Positions 27,500-40,959 of a stretch of DNA of 64,000 nt are shown here, piece by piece (the first letter of the stretch is position 1; each line of letters starts with the position of its first letter). The stretch comes from Octopus vulgaris (lineage: Eukaryota), in contig OX597818.1 of the NCBI GenBank assembly GCA_951406725.2, positions 54,994,001 to 55,058,000 on the forward strand, read 5' to 3'. Under the pieces are notes generated by a model. That model was not told the origin of the DNA, did not search any database, and was given only the letters and a program-made list of their open reading frames with translations. The translations under genes and the position numbers were made by a program.

Positions 27500-30150
27500 T
27501 AAACTTAGATAAACCTTGATATGTTTCGACCAAAGATTGGTCCAGGCCATGTCTAACTTAATAGCACCACCTGATAGTATTATTTGAATCCTGTTTAAGT
27601 CAAGTTTTGTTTATGGTCCATTCAAGTAGTGAGTTTTGTTGGGTGAGTTGTATCCAATTATGGGTGGCTTATCTGGTATTCCTTGAAGGAATCTATCCAG
27701 ACTCCGTTTAAAGTTGATGGGATCCTGTTCCTCTTTGATCTCTTTCGGGACAATGTTAAATAGGGCAGGGCCTGTTGAGGAAAAGAAATTATGTTGCAGT
27801 GTACATGTATGTTGTGATCTTGAATTGGGCAGGGGACGTATAGCCCGTGGTCCAAGTCTTGGATGAACCTTGAAGCTAATGTTTAGGTCGTTTGGGCTTA
27901 GTTGGCGGTATATTTTCCACATCGTACAAATGATGTACCGCTCACGGCGACGCTGGAGGGAGTAAAGTTTCAAGGCTTTAAGGCGATCCCAATAATCGAC
28001 AGCAGCCATGCCTTCAATTCGTTTAGTGAGTGCCCTCTGGGGTGACTCAATTCTGGAGATGTTTTGTCTTGTGTGAGGAGACCACAGTGGGCAGCAGTAT
28101 TCGAGGTGTGGCCGTACAAAGGAGGAGAAAAGTGGTATGATGACACCTTGTTCTCTGGACCGGAAAGTTCTTAAGATCCAGGAACTCATCCTACGAGCTA
28201 TATCGACCTTCTTGTTGATGTGTGCACTCCAACTGAGATCGTCATCAACAATTACACCCAGGTCTGATATTGTTAGAGGCTGTAAGCGGTTCCCCTTTTA
28301 TTGAGGAATTTCTTCCAAAATGCATCAACTCAAATTTTCCCTTGTTCAGTTGCATTTTGTCTCTGTGTGCCCATTGACTCACAGCATATAGATCAGACTG
28401 GAGTTGAGTTCGGTCTGCTTCTTCATTGACGATTTGCTGGAGCTTAGTGTCATCAGCAAATATTTTCATTTTGCAGTAATGTACGACACTGGAAAGGTCG
28501 TTTATGTAAATTATGAAGAGTAGCAGACCCAAAACAGTCCCCTGGGGGACACCGCTGGTGACTTATGCTGGGCTTGAGTGGACTCCATCAACTACAACAT
28601 GTTGTGTTATATTCGCCTGGAAATACTTGATCTAGTGTAGAACTTTTCCACGGATTCCAACATTTGCCAATTTTGAGAGTAGGATATTATGGTCTACCCT
28701 GTCGAACGCTTTACTGAAGTCAAGATATATGACATCAGAGTTCGAACCTGTTCCCAAGGCTTTGAGTACATCTTCAATGTAGTGTAAGAGCTGTGTTAGA
28801 CAGTCCCTGCCACAGCGAAAGCCATGCTGATTTGCATTTAGGAGTTTGTGGGTCTCCAGGAAGTCAGCTATCCTTGATCTTAACACTCTTTCAAACACTT
28901 TGATGATGTGGGAGGTGAGTGAGATTGGGCGATAGTTGAGTGCGAGGGATCTGTTTCCCTGTTTGAAAACCGGGATGACTGACTGGGATAGAAACTGTTT
29001 CGGTATATAACCTGCATCTAACGAATTTCTCCAGAGGTTGGTCAGAGGGACTGCAAGTTGGTGTCTACATTCCTTCAGGAGACTAGCACGGAATCTATCA
29101 GGGCCTACAGCAGAGTAGTATTTGATCTCATTTATTGCTGCTGTGATGTCAGTGGCAGTGAAGGTTATGTCTGAGATTTTATGTTGAGGGTCAACTTCGT
29201 TCGCTTCTCTTGCGTCAATATCAGACAAAGCAGTATTATTTCTGCAGTATTTCTGCCATTTCTTTAGTATCGTGTTGGGGAATGCCGTTATCATCAATCA
29301 ATGGCCCAATGGGTGAGACAGTGGTTCTATGCTTATTTGCATAAGAATAGAACACTTTTGGGTTCTGTTTGATGTTTTTGATTACCCACTGTTCCTCCAC
29401 AGCTCTTTGATTTTCAATGGAGGTTTTCATGTCGTTCTGTAGATGAAGTTTTTCCAGCTCTAGCCTTTTCATTGTTGTTGAATTTGGATGTTGTATGTGG
29501 GAATATTTTAATTGGTTGATTTTGTTTGTTGAGTCTTTTGATGCGCCTGATGAGTGTTTTTTTCTTTTTAGGGAGCCGGTTTCTGTTTGTGTTAGTAGAT
29601 TTCGTGGGAGCGTGTTTAGCGCATGTATAGGTGACAATGTTTTCAAAGTGCTGCCATGCGGTCTCAGTATGGGTGGAATTGAGAGTGAAAGACAAGTCGA
29701 TGCAAGACAGATCCTTTCTGGTTGCTCCCCAGTCCGCTTTGTGGAAGTTTATGTTGTCAAATGAGTGCCATGGAGTGGTATTGGCTGGTTTGGTTTTTAT
29801 ATGTCGGGAATTGAAATTGCAGAGTATCATGTCGAGGTCTGAGAGGATAGTTTTTTCAACTGAAATACTGTGAACGAAGCTAGAGTGATTGGTCAATACC
29901 AGATCCAAGATCGTTTTATTCTGTCTCGTTGGTTCGAGCACTAGCTTAGTCAGGAAGTATTCATCCATTAGATTAAAGAGCAGTTCTGCTGCTGCTCTAT
30001 CTGATGTAGAGCATTTGCCTAACTTCAGAGTATTTGTGGGCCAGTTCACATAAGGGAGGTTAAAATCACCCATCACTAGTATGTTTCCGGAGTTGTACTT
30101 CCGAATGAAGGACTTGACTTTACTAAGGCACTCTTCAAAGCACTTCAAAA
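27500..30150 (-). mobile_element. 5'-truncated, frameshifted CR1-group LINE, sister subfamily of 16427-21070
   Basis: Fragments ILVMGDFNLP, NYRPISLTSHIIKVFERV, YLDFSKAFD, FADD and LYSLQRRRERY. The 3' UTR CAGGTGGTGCTATTAAGTTAGACATGGCCTGG is shared with the full-length copy. Confidence 0.92.
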
Positions 30151-30325
30151 GTGTTAACAGATCAAGTTACCAATTCCGGAATATTCTGTCTTCGAGGTCA
30201 TCATATTTTTTTTTGTATTTTGTTGTCCCTATGTATGTATGTATGTATGTATGTATGTATGTATGTATGTATGTATGTATGTATGTATGTATGTATGTAT
30301 GTATGTATGTATATATATATATATA

Positions 30326-31993
30326 TGAAGAATTCCTGGTAGAAGTAGGTGTACACCAAATCTCAGCCCTCAGTCCCCTTTTATTCATCATAGTCCTCCA
30401 GGCAATAACAGAGGAATTCAAAACAGGTTGCTCCTGGGAGCTCCTCTATGCTGATGACCTGGCTCTCATAGCAGAATCACTACCGGAACTAGAAAAGAAA
30501 TTTCGGGTGTGGAAACAAGGGTTAGAGTCAAAGGGCCTTAGAGTAAATGTAGCAAAGACCAAAGTTATAGTAAGCAGAAAGGCGAACTCAGCACACACCC
30601 CATCGGGCAGGTGGCCCTGCTCGATCTGTAGGAAAGGTGTAGGTAGAAACTCCATAAGATGCACCCAGTGTAAGCTATGGACGCATAAGAGGTGCAGCAA
30701 CATCAAAGGGAAATTAATTGATAAGATAGCTTTCATGTGCGGCAGATGCACAAGGACAATAGACACCACAAATACTCAGAAAACAGATTCCATCACACCC
30801 CAGGGGGAGAAACTAGAAGTAGTTGATAGTTTCCGCTACCTGGGTGACCAAGTTAGTAGTGAAGGTGGATGCTCAGAGAGTGTCACCACTAGAATACGAA
30901 TAGCCTGAGCAAAGTTTAGAAAGCTCCTACCCCTACTGGCGACAAAGGGTCTCTCACTCAGAGTGAAAGGTAGATTGTATGATGCATGTGTGCGAACTGC
31001 CATGCTTCACGATAGTGAAACATGGGCCTTGACTGCAGAGGACATGCGTAGACTTGAAAGAAATGAAGCTAGCATGATCCGCTGGATGTGTAATGTCAGT
31101 GTGAACGCACGACAGAGTGTAAGCACCCTGAGAGAAATGCTGGGCATAAGAAGCATCAGATGTGGTGTGCAAGAGCGACGCTTGCGATGGTATGGTCATG
31201 TACTGTGGATGGATGAGGAGAGATGTGTGAAGAAGTGCCGCTCCCAAACAGTTGAAGGAATCAGGGGGATAGGTAGACCCAGGAAGACATGAGATGAGGT
31301 TGTCAAGCATGACCTCAGAGCGTTGGGCCTCACTGAGGCAATGGCGAAGGACCGAGATCTCTGGAGATGTGCTGTGACTGCAAAGACCCGGGATGCTTCC
31401 GGCACCAGTTCCGCATAGCCCCTGCCCATTCAAAGTACCTTGGATCCCAGAACATCTCGCTGTGCTTGAGGAGACCTGTTGAGTCAAGTGCATGTACATG
31501 AACATCGAAACAAATATCAATGGAAATAGTAGTTGTGATACCTGTGCCGGTGGCACATAAAAAGCACCATCCAAACGTGGCCGTTGCCAGCGCCGCCTCG
31601 ACTGGCTTCTGTGCCGGTGGCACATAAAAAGCATCATCCGAACGTGGCCGATGCTAGCGCCGCCTCGACTGGCTTCTGTGCCGGTGGCACATAAAAAGCA
31701 CCATCCGAACGTGGCCGATGCCAGCGCCGCCTCGGCTGGCTTCCGTGCCGGTGGCACGTTAAAAGCACCAACCAATCGTGGCCGATGCCAGACCCCCCTG
31801 GCACCTGTGCAGATGGCACGTAAAAAGCACTCACTACACTCGCGGAGTAGTTGGCGTTAAGAAGGGCATCCAGCTGTAGAAACACTGCCAGATCAGACTG
31901 GAGCCAGGTGCAGCCCCTGGCTTCCCAGACCCCAGTCGAACCGTCCAACCCGTGCTAGCGCGGAAAACGGACGTTAAACGATGATGATGATGA

Positions 31994-31995
<2 letters not shown>
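30326..31995 (+). mobile_element. RTE-clade LINE 3' half with a PHD-like Cys/His insert in the RT, long 3' UTR and (GAT)n tail
   Basis: LLYADDL, WPCSICRKGVGRNSIRCTQCKLWTHKRCS...CGRC, FRYLGD, RRLRWYGHV. Ends GGACGTTAAACGATGATGATGAT. Confidence 0.9.
31543..31830 (+). repeat. 67-bp tandem repeat (about 4.4 copies) in the RTE 3' UTR
   Basis: (T/C)GTGCCGGTGGCAC units start at 31543, 31610, 31677 and 31744, with a partial unit at 31806. Confidence 0.92.
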
Positions 31996-32076
<81 letters not shown>

Positions 32077-33415
32077 ATATATATTTATATAGGCGTAGGA
32101 CTGACTGTGAGGTAAGTAGCTCGCTTACCACCCATAGAGTTCCGGGTTCAGTCCGACTGCGTGGCATTTTGGGCATACATATATATAATGTATGTATGTG
32201 TGTCTATACTTATATCTTCAGCTTTATGTGTGTGTTTGCCTGTGTGTGTGTGTACGTGAGGTGTGCATGTCTGTGTGTGTGTACATTGTGAACATAGAGA
32301 TGACTGAATTTTCATGTTCTGATTATCGCCTTGTTGAACATGCCAAAGGGCCTTTATCCGATCATATTTGCCGTTAGGAAATATTTTTGCGCGCGCGCAC
32401 ACACACACACTCACACTCACTCACTCACTCACTCACTCACTCACTCACTCACTCACTCACAGGGTTAAATGCATTTTTAAAACCTTTATCAAAATTCGAG
32501 TGCACCTAAAAAGATCAGTTCCCGCACCTGTGTAGACCATACATGCCATCACATATGTCATACACACGGCAGCTTAAAAGAGAGATGATAAAAAATGCTA
32601 TATAGGTTTGATATTATTTAACCCTAGGTAAGTATTGATCGACCTCGCCGATGATCCCAACCAACCATATCTTCCCGTACTTTTTGTTTTTCGATTTCAC
32701 TGCATTTAAAACTACCTTATACCACGTGACTCTTCTAAACGCTATGCTACGATTCGAGGAAGATGTGGCTGCAATCTGTGTGTAGGCGCAGGCGGCTCTG
32801 TGGTATAATATTTGCTTTCCGACGAAATGGTTCCGGTTTCTGTTCCACTGCACTGTACTTTGTGCAACTGTCTTTACTATAGTCTGGTGGATTTGGTATA
32901 TGGAAACTAAAAGAAGCCTGTCGCATATATATATTATTATTGTTATTTCGTGTTATTTTTGTATTCATATTCGTATAACATCGTCCGTTTTTCTGTCCTT
33001 GTTTCGTATACATTCGAAGCTTTTTTCCAAGGAATCTAATGCGCTTAGCTTAGTTTTTCCTTGGGGCTGGTCAGATTGGAGCAATCTCAAAATTAATCAG
33101 CCGAAATTGCGAGGATGATCCGGTTCTTCACTGAAGATTGAAGGCTTCGAATGACCCGTCCGTGTTTTTTGTATCGTCTTCTGAATGTTTTGCTAATTTT
33201 TCAGCGAGTTTACTGTAAACATTAGCTTTTACACAATCGTTTTGGTGAGTGTACCAAGCGTTTATCAGTGAACTGATTACATTTTCAACCCAGTAGTGTT
33301 TTGGAATATTATTGGCCATATTCAGTGGATATATGCGTGTGTGGGTAAATGCACGTATATATGTATGTAAATATATATAAATATATATATGTATATATCT
33401 ATGTATGTATATGTA

Positions 33416-33475
<60 letters not shown>

Positions 33476-33535
33476 CATGTATATATTGATATGTATATGT
33501 TTGCATATATATATACTTGTATATATATGTATATA

Positions 33536-35345
33536 GATGAAGTAATGACATCAATAAGTAAATTGAATCTTGGTAGGGCACCTAGAAAGGATGGAATTTG
33601 TGCTGAGGTCTTGCGATTTGGTGGTAATTGCATCACACAGTCCCTTCATGAACTTATTAGTGCAGTCTGGAGGGATGGTGCAATCCATAAAGACTGGAAG
33701 GATGCAATTATTCTTCCTCTATATAGAGGAAAAGGAGCCAGAACAATGTGTGGTAACTACAGAGGTATTGCTCTACTATCAGCTGCTGGTAAGGTTCTGG
33801 TAAATATTCTTCTTGCCCGTCTGAATGGGTGTCTCGTAAATGATGTCCTATCTGAATCTCAATGTGGCTTCCGATCTGGTAGAGGGACAATGGATATGAT
33901 TTTCACAGCAAGACAGATGCATGAGAAGTGCTATGAGCAGAATATGGATCTTGTCCAGGTATTCATTGATTTAGCTAAGGCCTTTGATACCGTAAATAGG
34001 GCCTTTCTATGGAAAATACTTGGCAAACTTGGATGTCCGGATCACTTTGTATCTATAATTAAATCATTTCATGATGGGATGGAGGCTTAGGTCAATGTTG
34101 GTGGTGCCATGGTGGGACCCATTCCTGTAGAGAATGGTGTCAAGCAGGGTGACATCCTTGCCCCAACTCTCTTTTCTTTGTACTTTGCTGCTACTTTTAC
34201 TCATGCTTTTGCTAAGGTTAGCTCTCTGGGAATATATATCAGATATCTATCTTCTGGCCGGCTCTTTAATCTTCGCCAATTTGCTGCCAATTCAAAGGTT
34301 TACCAGACTATTATTCGTGACCTCCTTTATGTAGATGACTGTGACTTAGTCACTCATACAGTAGATGGCATGCAAATAATCATGAATTGCATTTCTGCTT
34401 CTTGCAGAGCATTTGGACTCAGCATTGGCCTGGACAAGACTGTTGTAATGTTCCAGCCTGCACCCGGAAATCCATATATAGAACCAGCTATCTTCGTTGA
34501 AGGAACAATTCTGAAGGTAGTAGACAAGTTTGTCTATCTGGGCAGCACACTCAGCCGTTCTTGCTCCTTGGATGAGGAACTATCTTTCAGGTTGCAGAGA
34601 GCAACTAATTCCTTCCAGTCTCTTCAGTCTCGTGTCTGGTACCAACATGGCATCGCAAGGAGAACAAAAGTTGCTGTGTACCGTACTTATGTACTGACAT
34701 CGCTTCTCTACTCATGTGAGATATGGACTCTGTACAAACGTCAGGTAAGGGTCCTTGAACGTTTTCATCAGAGATGTCTCAGACACATTCTCAATGTTGG
34801 CTGGACTTCAAAAACTCCCGACACACAGATCCTGAGGACAGCTGATATCTTGAGTATTGAAGCGGTGGTGCACAAGCACCGGTTGCGTTGGACTGGACAC
34901 CTTATTCGAATGAAGGATAGAAGGATTCCTAAGCAGATGCTCTATGGAGAACTTGTGAATGGAAGGAGAGTCCGGCAGAAACCAAGGCTGCGATTTAAGG
35001 ACTGTGTCAAGTCCTCATTAAAGGCCTGTGATATGCAGGACACTGTCTGGGAGAGCAATACCTGTCATCGCCACAGATGGAGGAAGCAGATGGAGGACAC
35101 TTTTGAGAGAGCACGTATCCAGCATGAAGAACTTAAGCGAGCTGCGCGAAAGCGCACGGCTCGTATAGTGAATGGGGAAAGCTTGGTCTGCAATGTTTGC
35201 AGTCGTGTATGCTTGTCAAGAGCAGGGCTCATTAGCCACCAACGGAGCCGCAAATGCAAAATATAAGTTAGTCCTAGAGCGCACAATGTTCCTGAAGGTC
35301 GGCAATGGTCTTCCTCGGTCATGAGTGGACGGCCATTATTATTAT
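33536..35345 (+). mobile_element. 5'-truncated RTE/BovB-like LINE, RT plus C-terminal C2H2 finger, one in-frame stop at 34088-34090
   Basis: [72 protein letters not shown]. Ends in an (ATT)n tail. Confidence 0.93.
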
Positions 35346-35350
35346 GTATT

Positions 35351-35439
<89 letters not shown>

Positions 35440-37155
35440 TATATTTATGCCCGCGCACCGTCTTTAGTCAAACAAAACGTACTCTAGGACTTATTCTGTG
35501 GAATGCTAGTACTCATTCTAACCGTTACGTTACGGCAGCGTATGTGTGGACTGTGCTCAAACACGCACAAACACACATACGTCCGAACACACACACACAT
35601 AGATACATGCAAAGATGCACACTTGTAGGTATTTATGCTTTAAATATGTTGACTTTAAAACTTTGACATTCTGAAGAAATTAAATGAGTGTGTTTGTAAG
35701 CCAATATGTGTGTGTGTGTGCTTTAATTTCTGTGTCTGTGTTTGCGCGCACCTGTGTGACAGAGTGTTTCCGGTTCAATGTTTGTGCCTGAGTGTGTGTG
35801 TGTGTGTGTGAATGAGTGAGTGTGTACATGTGTGTTTTCATTGCTAGGTGTGTGAGTTTGTAACTGTGTTTTCATTTCTGTGTGTGAGTATGTGTGATTA
35901 TTTTCATTTCCGTGCGTGTGTGTGAGTGAATGTAATTATTTCTATGTGTTCGAGTTTGTGCGTTTGTGAGTGTGTAACTGTGTGTTTTCATTTCTGTGTT
36001 TGTGCGTGTGTGTGAGTGAGTGTTTTCATTTCTGTGTTGGAAATAGGTCAGATAGCAATATCAATCAGGATACGTTGAAGTGACCCCTGACCTGTTGGAG
36101 TTTGGTAATTTGGTGCACTACATTCATTGACAAGTGTTGATATGTGCGTGTGGAAAACTGGAAATGATCTTACGATCTCTTGTATTTTATTTTTGATCTG
36201 TTTTACAGATCCAGGTACTGTGTGCGCATACGTTTGTGTGTGAGTGAATGTATTTATTTCTATGTGTTCGAGTGTGTGCGTTTGTGTTCCTCCTACTACT
36301 ACTACAGTCTACCTACTCTCTCTCTCTCTCTCTCTCTACCACCACCACTATCATTCGTACACTGTAACCGCTCACCACCACTCCCACCATCATTATACAG
36401 TCGCTATCACCACCCCATCAGTAGATTAACTTCTCCCCACCACTATCACCATCATCGGTACACCGGTATCTCCCGCCACCCCCACATCAGTTCTGAGTAA
36501 CTTTCACCACAACCACAACAGTCACCATCACCACCCTCATCGGTACAGAGTGTTCTATCACGACATTATCTCTCACCACACCACAACACCGTCACCACCA
36601 TCAGTACAGAGTGACTTCCTCTCACCACGACGCACTTTTTACCTTTTACTACCACCACCATCAGCAGCAGCTCTTAGTGCAATGTTTAAAAGCCATTATC
36701 AAACTCACTACAAGGATTATTATGTTGCTATCTCTTCCGCTCGTGTGTCCAAATGGTCACCCTGTCGTGGACTTACGATCACCCCCACACTGAATGAAGC
36801 CTTAGGCCAGTCCCTTACCTCCACCTTGGACAATGAAAAGGTCAGTATATTACACATTTAAATACATATAAACATTGTAAACAACACGGTTTTAGTTTGT
36901 TTCCTTATGGTGCGTGGTTTTTGCTGAAATCCGCGTTGTCGATCATGTTTAAAACCCCTACTTCTACAGTCTTTACTGAACCAGTAGGTGGATTATGGGT
37001 GATCGGAGAGACGTTCCAACCGTGACCGATCGGAAAACTATGTCATCGATGTATATGGCTCTTTCTATACATATATATGACAATTTTTCCAAGGACAATG
37101 GTTAAAATTCAAACTTGTTTTATTTTATTGTTTTTTTTTAAAATATATTTTACAT

Positions 37156-37550
37156 GCGCAGGAGTGGCTGTGTGGTAAGTAGCTTGCTAACCAACCACAT
37201 GGTTCCGGGTTCAGTCCCACTGCGTGGCATCTTGGGCAAGTGTATTCTGCTATAGCCCCGGGCCGACCAATGCCTTGTGAGTGGATTTGGTAGACGGAAA
37301 CTGAAAGAATCCTGTCGTATATATGTATATATGTATGTATGTGTGTGTGTCTGTGTTTGTCCCCCTAGCATTGCTTGACAACCGATGCTGATGTGTTTAC
37401 GTCCCCGTCACTTAGCGGTTCGGCAAAAGAGACCAATAGAATAAGTACTGGGCTTACAAAGAATAAGTCCCGGGGTCGATTTACTCGACTAAAGGCGGTG
37501 CTCCAGCATGGCCGCAGTCAAATGATTGAAACAAGTAAAAGAGTAAAGAG
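37156..37550 (+). mobile_element. Full-length SINE family B (tRNA head, CORE-like TTGGGCAAGTG, internal TA/TG tract, LINE-derived 3' tail)
   Basis: GTGGCTGTGTGGTAAG (A-box-like), GGGTTCAGTCCC (B-box-like), and tail GGCGGTGCTCCAGCATGGCCGCAGTCAAATGATTGAAACAAG plus (TAAAAGAG)n. Confidence 0.88.
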
Positions 37551-37979
37551 TATGCATACATATATAATACATATGTATATTTACACATGCTCATATGTGC
37601 ATGCATGTACATATTTATACACAAATATACACAACATACGGCACACACATACACAGACACGTGTACACACATATACATCTACACATATGTACATACGTAT
37701 CAAACAATGTACGCTCGCACGGTTATATATAACTGCATATATGTATTTTAGTACCATGCGTTTCAACATTTATGCATGGATTACTACATGTAAATGAGAG
37801 AGAGAGAGAGAGAGAGAGAGGTGCTTATAGAATACTTGTTCTAAACGATTATCAAGAACACACACTCACACATGAATCATAAACTCCGTATTTTTGTACG
37901 TGTTCCGCAAAAAAAAAAAACAGAAGAAAATAAGCTGTAAATGTATCTATTTTACAATTTATGAACCAAGCAAATACGA

Positions 37980-38135
37980 AACTATGGCGGCTAAAAATTG
38001 GTGTCTGACTTTTCGCAAAGCATTGTGGGATTGTTGTCGTATGCTTTTCAATGGCGACGGTCTCTGTTTTTTTATTGAATTTTCGTCTTTGAATGTTTTT
38101 CCTGCAGCTAACAATTATGAAAGAAGTAGGTAAGA
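37980..38135 (+). promoter_or_regulatory. Candidate Pol II promoter and first exon (YY1-like and ZNF143-like motifs, splice donor)
   Basis: ATGGCGGC (about 37984), GCATTGTGGGATTGTTGTC (about 38020), ATGGCGAC (about 38051) and AG|GTAAGA at 38130, all in non-repetitive sequence. Confidence 0.35.
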
Positions 38136-38499
38136 AATTATTATTATTGTTATTGTTAATATCTAGAAAAAATAAGTGAGAGTAGTTGGTGACGATGTAA
38201 AGAGAAAAGCTGAAGGAAGTCTGTTGTGACGGAAGGCCGCTCGGTTTTCATTTTATTTAGTGGCAAAATGTATAAAAAGTTTGGAGTTGAGGTTCATAAT
38301 TAAGATGTTGGTTAAAACGAAAGATTATCTTTCGTTTCTAGTAGACCTTTCCGTCGATTTCCGTAAAAAACTTTTATTTTTTTTTACATATGGGTTTGCG
38401 GGAACTTTTGAAGTAATGAGAGCGAAAGAGACTAAGAGAAAGCGATTGTATGAGGAGGGAATTTCTTTTTGAAGTTACCGCGAATGGGAAGCTTTGATG

Positions 38500-38537
<38 letters not shown>

Positions 38538-38658
38538 ATGGGGTGTGCGAGACAGAAAGTATGTTGTGTAAGTGAAGTGCTTCTGTTAGTGTGTGTGAAG
38601 AGACAGAGAGAGATAACTGAAATTTTTTACTCGGTGTATGTGTATATGTATGTATGCA

Positions 38659-38693
<35 letters not shown>

Positions 38694-40099
38694 ATCTATC
38701 TATGTATGTGTGTGTGTGTGTGTATGTATGTATGGCCGATTCAGTGTTTACATTATTTCGAGTTAAAACGAGAGATTACCTTTGCCTGTTTATGTAACGG
38801 TCTGCTATGTAGAAAACAATGAGGTTGACTCAATGGAATAATGACAGTGATCGAAGATATAGACACATTTTTTTTTATTTAATCGTTATACATGCCTTGT
38901 CGACTGCTATTGTGCAGCCTTAATGTCTCTGTTGATGTGACGATGGTGATATGGTAAGAAAAAGACGGGAGAGTTATAAAATGAGGAGGAGATATTCTTC
39001 TCATGAGAAAAGAGTTGCATGCAAAGGAAAAAAAAAGTTAAGTCTATAGATGTGCACAGAAACTGGGTGCAAGCATGCATATATATGCATGTAACATGAG
39101 ACATGTAAAAGTTTCCATTTGCATAATACTTGGCTGCTTGTCACTTCAAATAAAGAGTATTGAACTGATATTAAAGCCAAAATTTTCCTTTCGCTACTAT
39201 TAGGAAGTTTTTCATTTTTACTTTCAGAGTTAAAAAATGAATGATTACACTTATTTGTTTACATGCGAACTTTTGTTTATTTTATATCCTTCTATATGTT
39301 GGATATGCAAATTTCACGAAGCGGGGATAGACACAACTGTCTTCACACAACCCACTTCAGATTACTCTACTAAACACAATACTTCTAATAAATATAAACT
39401 CTGAACAATGTCAACAACTTCCATGAACTCCCAATGACTCTCTTTGTCTCAACCAATATGCTAATTTTTTTATAAGAGTTTTGCTAGTCCATTCTTCCAA
39501 TCCCATAGGGGTGCCAATGACTCTCACTACAACAGTTTATACATGTAGACTTTTCTTTATACATGTAGATTTTACCAAGCAAGTAGCCCATGCGAAGCTT
39601 CACCTATATGTAAGTACATAATTTTTTTGTTAAATTAAGTTTTCTGTTAGTTAACCATAGCTGTTTGTAAATTGAACAACTGTTTCTCTGTGTATATTGA
39701 ACAATTTCCATAAGACATATATGTTTGCAAATTTAAAATATGTTTGTTTCCCAATGCCATGGTTTAGGGTCTAGTTCTACTGTGTGGCATTTTGGGCAAG
39801 AGTCTTCGACTATAGGTAGGGACCAACAAATGCATTTTTAGTGAAAGTGGTTGATGGGAACTATATGAAGCTTATTGCATGTGTGTGTATACACCATATC
39901 AATTATGTGATGCATGTTATAGGTAACTGTTGACAAAAAGTGCAAAATACTCATTGAAAAATCAAAATAATTTAGGTAATGTCAAGAAGGGATGTGGAAT
40001 GGATAGTGAAAGGTCTGGCTTGGAAGGTGTCCCACAGTATTGCTGCCTGGGCCTATGTGTCATCTTGCTACTGCAAGAGAGTACAGACCATTGAATGTT

Positions 40100-40410
40100 T
40101 GTGAAATATTGGCATCTAAGATTATGAACTCTTTGGATTTACTGATTACCTTGATGTCAGTGAGATTGCCATTGTCAAACAAGAGATTTGTTACCTTAGT
40201 AAGTGTCTACCCTCCAACCATGTGTTCCTCTGAAGAGAAAAAAAGGACTAATATTTTATCTTTCATGAAAAAAGCTTCTGTGCAGTATTCTTTCTGCTTA
40301 TAAAATCTTCATACTTGGTGATTTCAGAGATAAAAAAAATTGGGATATAATTGGGAAACATGAAGCCAGAAAATGCAATAGTAATGGCTTGTTTAGTACT
40401 GCAAATGTGT
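40100..40410 (+). pseudogene. RTE-type LINE endonuclease remnant
   Basis: LMSVRLPLSNKRFVTLVSVYPPT, then decayed ILGDF and GKH..KCNSNG motifs. Confidence 0.65.
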
Positions 40411-40959
40411 TCGATTTTTGCATATACTGGGTAACTGTCAATCTCCTAGTGTGGAGCATGCTGTATTTGAGCACCAAATATGTGGGAGTATTTATGTGAT
40501 CAAGATGAAAGGCAATTAGGTCTCATTAATTTCTGTTTGGTGAGTTGGCCCTGAGGAAAAATCTAGGGAACAAATTGAAATTAAGGCATGAATGCATTAG
40601 AGACACTTAGAGGATCTAGATCAAATTAGAGACAGTGAAAACATCACTAAGTTTTTGATGGAAAAAATTGTTTCATGTTGGAATGAGTGAATTTGAATGA
40701 ATGTCAATAAAATCTTAGTGTGCATGAAAAGCTTGAGAGAGATTTTTGAAAAGGTCTTAATATTAATGTTTCCATTGTGTTTTGCTTCAAAAACTACATA
40801 GACATGACAGAATTAAATAGACATCCTTATAATTGTTAAAATTTATTTAAATTATTTATTAATTATTATAATGTGAATATCTAATATTTAGTAGACAGGC
40901 TCCTTGCATTTTTGAATGCAAGGACCCTAGCAGGCATGCTACTGATCTGATGAATATTC

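Noticed and set aside
31543-31830. CRISPR-like regular repeats with hairpins
   Set aside because: The intervening segments are near-identical rather than unique spacers, and the context is a eukaryotic LINE 3' UTR.
32461-32626. AGGGTTAA ... TTAACCCT piggyBac-like termini
   Set aside because: The ends face outward and are too short to define an element.
33125-33165. CTGAAGA plus hairpin as a second hammerhead
   Set aside because: No GAAA after the stem and no closing stem I could be drawn.
36180-36861. His/Pro/Thr-rich ORFs and weak splice signals
   Set aside because: Degenerate (CAC)n low-complexity sequence with no recognisable domain.
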